The translations under genes and the position numbers were made by a program. The notes below the pieces were generated by a model, which saw nothing but the letters and a program-made list of their open reading frames with translations, had not been told where the DNA came from and did not search any database. A stretch of DNA of 64,000 nucleotides from Verrucomicrobiia bacterium (lineage in GTDB: Bacteria > Verrucomicrobiota > Verrucomicrobiia > Limisphaerales > JADLHS01), in NCBI GenBank assembly GCA_011525685.1, contig WYBW01000049.1:40280-104279 (forward strand), read 5' to 3'. Of this stretch, positions 21,758-31,130 are shown one piece after another (positions within the stretch are counted from its first letter, which is position 1; the number at the start of each line of letters is the position of its first letter).

Positions 21758-23662
21758 ATGTCCACCATCCTCAACGCCACCGAAGTCACCGTGCGCTACG
21801 GCGAACGGGCGATTCTCGACGCGGCCACGCTCGCGATTGACGAGGGGCAGCGCCTCGGCCTGGTTGGGCGCAACGGCTGCGGGAAGACAACCTTTCTGCG
21901 GCTGCTTGCGGGATTGCAGTCGCCGGATTCCGGCACGATCAGCCGGCGGCGCGAGCTGGCGGTGAGTTATCTCGCGCAGGATTTCATGCTCGATCCTACT
22001 CAGGACGTGCGCGGCAACGTGCGTGCCGGGGCGAAGTACGTGCTGGACCTCATCGCGGAGTTCGAATCGCTGCCGCATGACTCGAAACGGCACGAGGAAC
22101 TGGAGCACCGCATCCAGACGCTTGAAGGCTGGACCGTGGACCAGCGCATCGAAACCGCGCTGTCGCACCTCAACTGCCCGCCCGGCGACCGCGAAATTGC
22201 CACGCTGTCCGGCGGCGAGAAGCGCCGCGTGGCGCTGGCTCGGGCCATTGTTTCGCGCCCCGATTTCCTGATGCTGGACGAGCCCACCAACCATCTCGAC
22301 CCGGAATCCATCGAGTGGGTGGCGGAGTTTTTGGAGAACTTCGGCGGCACGTTTCTCGTGGTGACGCACGACCGGTATTTCTTGGACCGCGTCGTCACCC
22401 GCATGGTCGAGTTGTGCGACGGCAAATTCTGGTGGCACGACGGCAACTACACCGATTACCTCCTGGACAAAGCCGAACGGCAGGAAGCCGACGCGGTGAT
22501 CGAGCACAAGCGCCAGATGTTTCTCAAAAAGGAACTGGAGTGGGTGCGCACCGGTCCGCGGGCCCAACGCAGCAAGCAGAAGAACCGATTCGAGCGTTAC
22601 TACGAGGAAGCGGCAAGGGAGGGCCCGACGGTCGAGGAGGACATGGAACTGGTCATCCCGCCGCCGCCGCAACTGGGCAATCGCACCGTGGAGGTCAACA
22701 ATCTTGGCATTGAACTTGGTGGGCGGAAGTTGTTTTCCGGATTCAATTTCACGTTTGAGAATGGCAAACGCGTCGGGGTCTGCGGGCGCAACGGCCTCGG
22801 CAAAACCACGCTTCTGAAAATCATCATCGGCCGGCTTGCCCCGACGGAAGGCACCGTGAAGACCGGCCAGCTCACGATGTTCAACTACGTGGATCAGTCG
22901 CGCCTGCAAATGAATGACGAGCGGACGGTGCTGGAGGAAGCGTCCGATGGAACGGAATTCGTCCTTTGGGGCGAGTCGCGCATCTCGGTGCGCTCGTATC
23001 TGAAGCGGTTTCTCTTTGCGGACGAGCGCATCACCACGCAGGTGAAGAAACTCAGCGGCGGCGAACGCAGCCGGCTGCTGTTGGCGAAGATTCTCAAGTG
23101 CGGCGGCAACTTCCTCATCCTCGACGAACCGACCAATGACCTCGACCTGCCCACCTTGCGCGTGCTGGAGGAGGCGTTGATTGCGTTCCCGGGTGTGGTG
23201 TGTGTCGTGAGCCATGACCGGTATTTTCTGAATCGCGTTTGCACGGACATTCTCGCCTTCGAGGGCGACGGCAAGATCCATCACAGCGTCGGCGACTACG
23301 ATTATTACCTTGAGAAGAAGCAGCGCGCGGCTGTAGCGGCGTCTCGGCAGAGCGCCGCCATTCTGGCTGTAAATAAATCAGCGGCGCTCTCCCGAGCCGC
23401 CGCTACGAAGACTGCGAAGCCCCGCAAGCTCTCCTTCAAAGAACAGCGAGAGCTGGAAGGCATGGAGGCGCAAATCCTTGCGGTGGAGGAGGAAATCGCC
23501 CGCATCGAGGCCTTGTTCGTCTCCCCCGACTTCCATCGCACCCACGCAACGCAAACCAATCAACTCACCGCCCAACTCGCTGCCGCCAAAGAACAGGCAA
23601 TGCAGCTTTACGCGCGCTGGGAGGAATTGGAGGCAATCAAGACGGCGGCGGAAAAGCCGTAG
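21758..23662 (+). CDS. ABC-F family ATPase (Uup/EttA-like, two ABC domains, no TM domain)
   Basis: Two Walker A motifs (GRNGCGKTT, GRNGLGKTT), two signature motifs (LSGGEKRR, LSGGERSR) and a C-terminal coiled-coil tail. Confidence 0.9.
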   Translation: MSTILNATEVTVRYGERAILDAATLAIDEGQRLGLVGRNGCGKTTFLRLLAGLQSPDSGTISRRRELAVSYLAQDFMLDPTQDVRGNVRAGAKYVLDLIAEFESLPHDSKRHEELEHRIQTLEGWTVDQRIETALSHLNCPPGDREIATLSGGEKRRVALARAIVSRPDFLMLDEPTNHLDPESIEWVAEFLENFGGTFLVVTHDRYFLDRVVTRMVELCDGKFWWHDGNYTDYLLDKAERQEADAVIEHKRQMFLKKELEWVRTGPRAQRSKQKNRFERYYEEAAREGPTVEEDMELVIPPPPQLGNRTVEVNNLGIELGGRKLFSGFNFTFENGKRVGVCGRNGLGKTTLLKIIIGRLAPTEGTVKTGQLTMFNYVDQSRLQMNDERTVLEEASDGTEFVLWGESRISVRSYLKRFLFADERITTQVKKLSGGERSRLLLAKILKCGGNFLILDEPTNDLDLPTLRVLEEALIAFPGVVCVVSHDRYFLNRVCTDILAFEGDGKIHHSVGDYDYYLEKKQRAAVAASRQSAAILAVNKSAALSRAAATKTAKPRKLSFKEQRELEGMEAQILAVEEEIARIEALFVSPDFHRTHATQTNQLTAQLAAAKEQAMQLYARWEELEAIKTAAEKP

Positions 23663-23716
23663 CGGCACAGTTCGCGCCTTTTCATCGCTGCACTATCTCC
23701 GTAAAGTGAGCGACCT

Positions 23717-26428
23717 GTGTCCGCCACGTTATACGATCTCATTCCGCGCGAGGAGAAAACCGGCAATGATGTGCTGCTGGGGCGGTTTCTCGATTACGTG
23801 GAGGGAAGGCGGCTGCAACTTTATCCCGCCCAGGAATCCGCCATCCTGGAATTGTTCGAGGACAAGAACGTCATCCTGAACACGCCCACCGGCTCGGGCA
23901 AATCGCTCGTAGCCACGGCGCTGCATTTCGCAGCCATCGCCAGGGGCCGGCGCTCCATCTACACCTGTCCGATCAAGGCGCTGGTAAACGAGAAGTTCAT
24001 GGCGCTGTGCCGCGAGTTCGGCCCGGACAACGTCGGCCTCAGTACGGGCGATGCGTCGGTGAACCGCGACGCGCCCATCCTTTGCTGCACGGCGGAGATT
24101 CTCGCGAACATCGCCTTGCGCGAAGGCGCGGCGGCCAATGTGCAGGACGTGGTCATGGATGAATTTCATTACTACGCCGATCGGGAACGTGGCGTGGCTT
24201 GGCAGGTGCCGTTGCTGACGTTGCCGCAAACGCGCTTCCTGCTCATGTCCGCGACGCTGGGCGACACGACATTCTTCGAGGAGGAACTGACACGACTCAA
24301 CGGTCGGCCCACCTCTGCGGTGGCGTCCACGGATAGACCGGTGCCGTTGGAACATGCCTACTCGGAACTGCCGCTGGCCAAAACGCTGGAGAGTCTCGTC
24401 GCCGACGGCAAAGCCCCGGTGTATGTCGTCCACTTCACACAATTGGAAGCCGCGCAAAGCGCGCAGGATTTCACGAGCATCAATGTTTGTTCGCGGGAGG
24501 AGAAAGCCGCCATCGCCAACGCGCTCGAAGGTTTCAAGTTCAGCAGCCCCTACGGGCCGGACATCAAGAAGTGGCTGCGGCACGGCATCGGCCTGCATCA
24601 CGCCGGGCTGCTGCCGAAGTATCGCGTGTTGATCGAGCAACTCGCGCAGAAGGGTTTGCTGAAAGTTGTATGCGGCACGGACACGCTGGGCGTGGGCATC
24701 AACGTGCCGATTCGCACCGTGCTGTTCACACGGTTGTGCAAATTCGACGGGCAGAAGACCGTCATTCTGAGCGCGCGCGATTTTCATCAGATCAGCGGGC
24801 GGGCCGGGCGCAAGGGTTTTGATGATCGCGGCTGGGTCGTGGCCCAGGCGCCGGAGCACGTGATCGAGAACTTGAAGCTGGCGGAGAAAGCGGCGCGCGA
24901 TGGCAAGAAAACCGTGAAGCGCCAGCCGCCGGAAAAGAATTTCGTCAACTGGGACAAGAACACGTTTCTGCGGTTGATCGCCGCGCCGCCCGAACGGCTC
25001 ACGTCGCGTTTCCAAGTCACGCACGGAATGTTGCTGAATGTGTTAAGCCGAAATGGCGATGGTTGCCGGGCGATGCAGCAACTCATCGCGCGTTGTCACG
25101 AGACGCCGCGCCAGAAGCAGGCGCACCTCAAACGCGCGTGGCAGTTGTTCCGCTCGTTGCTGGACCGGAGGATTGTGGAGTTCATAGCCCGCCCTCACCC
25201 TGACCCTCTCCCCCAGGAGAGGGAACAGCCAGGTGCGGCTTCTGATGCTTCGTTGACTGACGTTTCAAATCCCGCGTCCGGTATTACCCAAACGCGGCAA
25301 GCGATTCTCCCTCTCCCCGGGGGAGAGGGCCGGGGTGAGGGCGAGCGCAAGTCACTGGATGGCGGCCGGAAACTTCGCGTGAACGTCGAGCTGCAGGAGG
25401 ATTTCTCCATGGACCAGGCGTTGTCGTTGTATCTGCTCGACACGATTCCACTCGTGGACCCGCAGCAACCCGATTACGCGCTGGTGCTGCTCACGCTCGT
25501 CGAGTCCATTATCGAGGACCCGGACATCATTCTGCGCAAACAACTGGACCGCGTGAAGGACCAGAAAATGGCCGAGATGAAAATGGAGGGCCTTGATTAC
25601 GACCAGCGCATGGAGGAATTGGAGAAGCTCGAATATCCAAAGCCGAACCGGGAGTTCATCTATTCCACGTTCAACGCGTTTGCGGATCGCCATCCGTGGG
25701 TCGGCCAGGAAAACATCCGCCCGAAATCCATCGCGCGGGAGATGTTTGAATCGTTCCGCTCATTTGGCGATTACATCCGCGACTACGAACTGCAACGCGC
25801 GGAGGGCGTTTTGCTCCGGCACTTGAACCGCGTTTACAAAGTGCTCACACAAAATGTTCCGGACGCCGCCAAGAACGATCAAGTGCGCGAGATGGAGCTT
25901 TATCTGGGCGCGATGATCCGGCAGGTGGATTCCAGCTTGCTCGATGAATGGGAGAAAATGCGCGACCCGAATTATCAACGGGCGGAAACAAAGGAGGTGC
26001 GTCCACCCGGCGCGGACGAAGCCGCGCAAGATGTCACGCGCGACACGAAGGCGTTTACGGCGGCGATTCGGAATCGCATCTTTGTTTTCCTGCGCGGGCT
26101 GGTTATCGGTGATTACGAGGCGGCAATTGCAAATCTCAATTCCGCGGCGGATGCCGACGCGCAGCCGTGGACGCCGGATCGTTTGCGCGCCGCGATGCAA
26201 GCTTACGAAGCCGAGCACGATCATCTGTGTCTCGACCCCAACGCGCGGAATGTGCGTCACACCTATGTCGTGCCCGCGGAGGACAAGAAGACCTGGCGCG
26301 TTCAACAAATGCTCGTGGACCCGGAAGGCGACAACGACTGGGTGGCGGAGTTCGAAGTGGACCTGGCGCAATCACGCACCCAAGGCGAACCGTTCCTGCA
26401 ACTGCGGCGCATCGGCAGTCTGGTGTGA
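23717..26428 (+). CDS. Large superfamily-2 DEAH/Ski2-like helicase with a long C-terminal domain, carrying an in-frame repeat insertion
   Basis: Motif [13 protein letters not shown], motif II DEFH, motif III SAT and motif [15 protein letters not shown] start. Confidence 0.85.
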   Translation: MSATLYDLIPREEKTGNDVLLGRFLDYVEGRRLQLYPAQESAILELFEDKNVILNTPTGSGKSLVATALHFAAIARGRRSIYTCPIKALVNEKFMALCREFGPDNVGLSTGDASVNRDAPILCCTAEILANIALREGAAANVQDVVMDEFHYYADRERGVAWQVPLLTLPQTRFLLMSATLGDTTFFEEELTRLNGRPTSAVASTDRPVPLEHAYSELPLAKTLESLVADGKAPVYVVHFTQLEAAQSAQDFTSINVCSREEKAAIANALEGFKFSSPYGPDIKKWLRHGIGLHHAGLLPKYRVLIEQLAQKGLLKVVCGTDTLGVGINVPIRTVLFTRLCKFDGQKTVILSARDFHQISGRAGRKGFDDRGWVVAQAPEHVIENLKLAEKAARDGKKTVKRQPPEKNFVNWDKNTFLRLIAAPPERLTSRFQVTHGMLLNVLSRNGDGCRAMQQLIARCHETPRQKQAHLKRAWQLFRSLLDRRIVEFIARPHPDPLPQEREQPGAASDASLTDVSNPASGITQTRQAILPLPGGEGRGEGERKSLDGGRKLRVNVELQEDFSMDQALSLYLLDTIPLVDPQQPDYALVLLTLVESIIEDPDIILRKQLDRVKDQKMAEMKMEGLDYDQRMEELEKLEYPKPNREFIYSTFNAFADRHPWVGQENIRPKSIAREMFESFRSFGDYIRDYELQRAEGVLLRHLNRVYKVLTQNVPDAAKNDQVREMELYLGAMIRQVDSSLLDEWEKMRDPNYQRAETKEVRPPGADEAAQDVTRDTKAFTAAIRNRIFVFLRGLVIGDYEAAIANLNSAADADAQPWTPDRLRAAMQAYEAEHDHLCLDPNARNVRHTYVVPAEDKKTWRVQQMLVDPEGDNDWVAEFEVDLAQSRTQGEPFLQLRRIGSLV
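25190..25343. repeat. Palindromic repeat element, family D (CGCCCTCACCC..CCCTCTCCCCCAGGAGAGGG / CCCTCTCCCCGGGGGAGAGGG..GGGTGAGGGCG)
   Basis: 34-bp terminal inverted repeats, each itself a hairpin. It is translated inside the helicase as [15 protein letters not shown]...[14 protein letters not shown]. Confidence 0.7.
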
Positions 26429-26438
26429 TCTGCGATGG

Positions 26439-28385
26439 TCAGCCGCGATAGTGTTGGAACACTCCCGCCACCAGCAGCAGTTCGGGATGGGTTGCTGAGA
26501 GCTTGGGCAGAATCACGCGGATGCGCGAGCGATAATCGGCGAGCTTGTCCCGCAGTGGTTGCAGATCGGTTGGGTGGTCCCAGCGGAGTTTCTTGAGGTC
26601 CAACACGAGCTGGTTCTTGCTCCGGGCGAGTGATTCGCTGAGACGGTGGGCAAGTCCTTCGGCGTCGTTTGCGGACAGAGCGCCCTCCAGCCGTAGCCAA
26701 ACCTGTTGCTTCGCGTGTTGCAACTCGACTTGGACCGAAAATTCCGGTGAGGTGAACTTGCGATGGAGTTCCTCCCACGCTTCAAACGCGCTCCAGCGCT
26801 TCTCGGGCAAACGATAAGTGGTGCGGATCAATTTGGGATGCTGAAACCAATTCAGCTTCAGTGTCACCGCGGTCCACAGCGCAGCACCCACGGCCAGCAC
26901 GGACTTGAATCGCTCGTCGGCAGCAGGTCGCCCCAGTTCCGCGTGGATGCGCCGCTCCAAATCGCCAATCCAGCGGCGCACGGCAGCGTTCGGCCCGAGC
27001 AGCCGGCCCGCAAGAAACACGGGATAGGCCACGCGCAACTCGGTCGCGTAGTATTCGGCTTTGGCGCGCAGGAGCGGGTTCGGCGAATCCTTCAACTTCT
27101 GATAGCCGAGCAGCCGGGCTTCAAGCACGCGGTAAATGCTGGGGCCGAGCCGCTGAAAATCCTGCTCGAAGCACCAGGTCTGGATCGCTTCGATCTGCTC
27201 CGGCGTGAGCGTTGGATGCTTCATCATCGTGCGAAAACCATCCGCGCGCCGGTAGAACAGGTCCTTGTCGGTCGTGTAAATGTCCTGCAACAGATTCTCT
27301 TTGATGACCCGCTCGTGAAACGGCGTGCCGGGCACGGGACCGTAAATGAGAAACTGCGCCAGGGCCGGTTTGACCTTCATCAGCCCATCCAACTCCTGCG
27401 CCACCACGTCCGGCGTCTGGTAGTCGAACCCGACGATCATGGAAGTCAACACCGTGATGCCGTGCTCGCGAAACTCGGTGAGAATGTCCGCAATGGGCCG
27501 GCCCTGTTGCTTGGCGTAATTCGAGCGCGTGCCTTCGTAACCGATCCAAAAACCGTCAATGCCCATCTCCAGAATTTCTTCCACGGTGTATTGGCTGATC
27601 GCCTTGATGCTGGAGAAGGCGAAGATCGAGAGTTTCTTCCCACCTTTGATGACGCAATCGCGAAACTCCATCGCGCGCTTCTTGTTGAGCAGGAAATCCT
27701 CGTCCAGAATCAGGAACACCAGGCTGGAATCCAGGTCGAGATAACGCTCGGCGACAGCGTAAATATCCTTCCCCTCCGGCAGCAGCTTGATGTGTTTGCG
27801 CGAGAAGAAATGCGACGTGCAGCAAAAGTCGCAGCCGTTGGGACAGCCGAGTCCGGCGAAGATTTTGCCCGTGCCCGAAACCTTCCAGCCAAATATCTTC
27901 AGCCAGCTCACGATGAGCGGGTGTTTGTAGGGCATGGGGATTTCCGGTTCGCCCAGCAAGCGACGGAAGAAGGCGACGCCTTCTTCGCGGCAGATGTAAT
28001 CGCCATAAGGCTTCAGCACGTCGTCCTTGAGCACCGTGCCGTAGCCGCCGAGGACGATTTTGCTGTTCGGCGCGTATTTACGAATCAACGCCACAGCCTC
28101 CTTCATCTTGTGCATGACGGCCATGATGAAGGAAATCCCCACGTAATCGTAACCCTTCTTGAGTTCGCGGATCAGTTCAGCCTTAGACGGGTATTGCAGC
28201 ACGACGGTCGGCGCGTCTAGATTTTCCGCAATGTATTCGAGACCAAAATGGATGTTGACCGTGCGCGGGCTGAAGATGCCTTGGGCGCGCAACACCTGCC
28301 GGTAAAGGAGTTCATAACCGACGGACGGCGCATCGCCGAATTCCGGACCGAGCGGACGACAGACGCTGGTAAGAAGAATTTTCAT
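26439..28385 (-). CDS. B12-binding-domain radical SAM enzyme with a C-terminal STAS-like extension
   Basis: N-terminal cobalamin-binding-like Rossmann region (YDYVGISFIM, KIVLGGYG). Radical SAM cluster motif GCPNGCDFC. The last ~110 aa (VWLRLEGALSANDAEGLAHRL...LVLDLKKLRW) resemble a STAS domain by pattern. Confidence 0.85.
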   Translation of the reverse strand: MKILLTSVCRPLGPEFGDAPSVGYELLYRQVLRAQGIFSPRTVNIHFGLEYIAENLDAPTVVLQYPSKAELIRELKKGYDYVGISFIMAVMHKMKEAVALIRKYAPNSKIVLGGYGTVLKDDVLKPYGDYICREEGVAFFRRLLGEPEIPMPYKHPLIVSWLKIFGWKVSGTGKIFAGLGCPNGCDFCCTSHFFSRKHIKLLPEGKDIYAVAERYLDLDSSLVFLILDEDFLLNKKRAMEFRDCVIKGGKKLSIFAFSSIKAISQYTVEEILEMGIDGFWIGYEGTRSNYAKQQGRPIADILTEFREHGITVLTSMIVGFDYQTPDVVAQELDGLMKVKPALAQFLIYGPVPGTPFHERVIKENLLQDIYTTDKDLFYRRADGFRTMMKHPTLTPEQIEAIQTWCFEQDFQRLGPSIYRVLEARLLGYQKLKDSPNPLLRAKAEYYATELRVAYPVFLAGRLLGPNAAVRRWIGDLERRIHAELGRPAADERFKSVLAVGAALWTAVTLKLNWFQHPKLIRTTYRLPEKRWSAFEAWEELHRKFTSPEFSVQVELQHAKQQVWLRLEGALSANDAEGLAHRLSESLARSKNQLVLDLKKLRWDHPTDLQPLRDKLADYRSRIRVILPKLSATHPELLLVAGVFQHYRG

Positions 28386-28603
28386 ATCAACGACGGGCGC
28401 GACTGCGATGTTCCATGCAACATCACATCATCATAATTGAGCCATCCAATCTCACCGAGAGAATTACTTTGGAAAAGCTCGCCATGCGTTGTCCTGGCAG
28501 TGGCAAAAACGGTGTGGACGTGAGCCGGCAGAACTTTGTGGAGATTGAAATCGAGTCGCCGTTCCGCCATGCCGCTGCCGATGGTGAACGGGTATGGAAG
28601 GGT

Positions 28604-28987
28604 TCAGTTTGCTTTGCGCGCGGGAGAAGAATCTGCAGTTGATGCGGGCGGCGTCGGCTTCCTTGCGGGCTTGTTGATGCGGTGCGGCTTGAGTTCGGCG
28701 TAGATGGATTGCGCGAGGCCGGACTTGGCGAAACCCACGACCTTTGTGCCTTTGAATCCGAAATAATTTTCGATGTCGGCCTGGGTGTAGTGCTGCACGA
28801 CGGGGTAGTGCGCGAAATCCTTCAACACCTGGTCGCGGGTGTTCTCGGAAACATCGGTCGTGATGAGAACGAAATGCAGCCTGCCTTTGCTGCGCACCAG
28901 GGTGTCGCGGCCCACGATCAACGCACGCGCCTTGAGCGCGAACGGGAACAGGCGCTCAACGGATTTGGTTGGGGCGGAATCGCTCAT
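28604..28987 (-). CDS. L7Ae/YlxQ-like RNA-binding family protein with a basic C-terminal tail
   Basis: ALKARALIVGRDTLVRSKGRLHFVLITTDVSENT resembles the L7Ae/L30e fold signature. Assigned by pattern only. Confidence 0.6.
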   Translation of the reverse strand: MSDSAPTKSVERLFPFALKARALIVGRDTLVRSKGRLHFVLITTDVSENTRDQVLKDFAHYPVVQHYTQADIENYFGFKGTKVVGFAKSGLAQSIYAELKPHRINKPARKPTPPASTADSSPARKAN

Positions 28988-28993
28988 TCTTCA

Positions 28994-29104
28994 CATGGAG
29001 CGCGGGCTTCAGCCCGCTTCAACTTCGCAAATGGAAGGACACGGAACGATGACAATCTCACCTTTCACTCGCGCGGCGAAGCGGCATGAACGCCGCGCTC
29101 CATG
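28994..29104. repeat. Palindromic repeat element, family G, second copy
   Basis: CATGGAGCGCGGGCTTCAGCCCGCTTCAAC ... GAAGCGGCATGAACGCCGCGCTCCATG. It fills the gap between the L7Ae-like and DEAD-box genes. Confidence 0.65.
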
Positions 29105-29110
29105 AATTGC

Positions 29111-31096
29111 TTACGCCACTTTGACCTTCACTCGGTGACCCTTGATCTGGGCGCGGTTCAACTTGGCGATGATGCCGTGGACATGCTCACTCGCCACGTC
29201 CACGAACAAGTGCCGCTCGCGAACGTCCACGGTGCCGACGACTTTGCCGGGCAGACCGGTCTCGCCGGCAACGGCATTGACGATGTCAATGGGCTTGATG
29301 TCCATCGCTTCGCCGAGGTTCATCCACAGGCGCGTCTGATGTTTCGGGGTGGCCCGGCTGGGGTTGCCTTTTGCAAAAGGCTTCTTCACTTCCCGCTTTT
29401 TGTTCGCCCACGGCGGCGCTGCCTTTGAGCCAACAATTTTCCTCGGGTCGGCGTCGGGTGCATTGACAGAAGCCAGAATCTCCTCGTCTGAGTATGTCTT
29501 TTCGACGACGGGCTTGGATTCGGCCGGGGCTTTGGTCTCAACGACTGGTTTCACGTCTGACGGCGGATTGGCGGCAGGCTGCGTCAGCAATTTCGCGGGA
29601 CGAGCCGGAACGGCGCGCGGAGGGCGGCCCTCAAACCGGCGCGGGCGGTCTTCCCGTTCACGACGCTCAAAACGCGGGCCGCGGCCTTCGTAAGCCGGGC
29701 GCGCGCCGTCACGGAAGCCGCCGCGCGGAGGCCGCTCCTCGCGTTCCGGGCGTTCGTAATCTTCCGCCCGCGCCGGCTTGGCCGCAGCTTCACCGCTTTG
29801 CAATTGCGCGAGGCAGGCGGAGGCAATGTCCGTGGACGTAAAACCTTCCTCGAGCAGGCGTTCGACCAGGTGCTCCTGCTTTTTGAACTCACCGCTTTGC
29901 AGCGTCGCGCGGAGTTTGCCCATGAAAACATTCTCTCTCGCTTCCTCGACTTCGGCCTCGGTGGGCACACGGGCGCGATGAATGCGCGTGTTCGTGTAGC
30001 GCTCGATGTTGCGAATTTGGAACAGCTCGCGCCCGGACACAAATGTGATCGCCCGCCCGCTCCGGCCCACGCGCCCGGTACGCCCGATGCGATGCACGTA
30101 ATCCTCGCCATCGTAGGGCAGGTCGTAGTTGAAAACCACCTCCACGTCGTCCACGTCAATCCCGCGCGCGGCGATGTCCGTGGCGACGAGAAACTCGAGG
30201 CCGGACTTGCGGAACTTGTTCATCACGCGGTCGCGCATGGCCTGCGTCATGTCGCCGTGCAGCCGGTCGGCCAGGTAGCCGGCGGCTTCGAGATGGTCCA
30301 CCAGATCGTCCACCATGCGCTTGGTGTTGCAGAAGATGATGCCGAGTTTGAGATCGTGAATATCAATGAGCCGCGTCAGCAGCTCGATTTTGAAACGGCG
30401 GTCCACCTCGTAATAGACCTGTTCGACTGTCGGCACGGTCATCGCCTTCTGCTCGATTCGCACCTGTTGCGGAGCGCGGGAGTATTTCTCGATCAATTGC
30501 TGGATGGGGCGCGGGATCGTGGCCGAGAAGAACACCGTCTGCCGTTCCTTGGGCGTGGCCTGGAGAATCAATTCAATGTCGTCCCGGAAACCCATGTTGA
30601 GCATCACGTCCACTTCATCGAGCACGACCATCTTGATGGTTTCCAGCCGGAGCGTTCCGCGCCGCATGTGATCCATGACGCGGCCCGGCGTGCCGATGAC
30701 GATTTGCGCGCCACGCCTGAGGCCGTCGAACTGGCGCTCGTAGGATTGTCCGCCGTAAATCGGCAGCGCGTGGATGCCGCGCTTGAAGAAAGAGAGCTTG
30801 TGGATTTCCTCCGAAACCTGGATGGCCAGCTCGCGCGTCGGGCAAAGGATGAGCACCTGCACCGCGCGTTGGGCGGGGTCCACCTTTTCCACCGCCGGGA
30901 TGCCGAACGCGGCGGTCTTGCCCGAGCCGGTCTGCGATTGGCCCACGATGTCCCTGCCCTGCATCAACAGCGGAATGGCCGCGGCTTGAATGGGCGCGGC
31001 CTGCTCGAAGCCGAGCTTGTCAATGGCCTTGAGGATTTCAGCGGACAGGCCGAGTTCAGAAAATAATTTTGGCGTCATGCGGTGTCTTTGCGACAT
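29111..31096 (-). CDS. deaD: DEAD-box RNA helicase (DeaD/CsdA-like) with an Arg/Gly/Pro-rich linker and a C-terminal DbpA-type RNA-binding domain
   Basis: Q motif and SQTGSGKTAAF, motif II as DEVD, SAT and HRIGRTGR. The start is taken at the ATG at 31096 (alternative 31078). The track start at 31156 overlaps the neighbouring gene. Confidence 0.9.
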   Translation of the reverse strand: MSQRHRMTPKLFSELGLSAEILKAIDKLGFEQAAPIQAAAIPLLMQGRDIVGQSQTGSGKTAAFGIPAVEKVDPAQRAVQVLILCPTRELAIQVSEEIHKLSFFKRGIHALPIYGGQSYERQFDGLRRGAQIVIGTPGRVMDHMRRGTLRLETIKMVVLDEVDVMLNMGFRDDIELILQATPKERQTVFFSATIPRPIQQLIEKYSRAPQQVRIEQKAMTVPTVEQVYYEVDRRFKIELLTRLIDIHDLKLGIIFCNTKRMVDDLVDHLEAAGYLADRLHGDMTQAMRDRVMNKFRKSGLEFLVATDIAARGIDVDDVEVVFNYDLPYDGEDYVHRIGRTGRVGRSGRAITFVSGRELFQIRNIERYTNTRIHRARVPTEAEVEEARENVFMGKLRATLQSGEFKKQEHLVERLLEEGFTSTDIASACLAQLQSGEAAAKPARAEDYERPEREERPPRGGFRDGARPAYEGRGPRFERREREDRPRRFEGRPPRAVPARPAKLLTQPAANPPSDVKPVVETKAPAESKPVVEKTYSDEEILASVNAPDADPRKIVGSKAAPPWANKKREVKKPFAKGNPSRATPKHQTRLWMNLGEAMDIKPIDIVNAVAGETGLPGKVVGTVDVRERHLFVDVASEHVHGIIAKLNRAQIKGHRVKVKVA

Positions 31097-31130
31097 AACC
31101 AGCCTGCCAGAGCCGTGGGAGGAAGGAGAG

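Noticed and set aside
29111-31096. The DEVD variant of the DEAD box in the RNA helicase, considered as a possible inactivating change.
   Set aside because: All other helicase motifs are intact, and Asp-Glu-x-Asp is retained. This is a tolerated variant and not evidence of loss of function.
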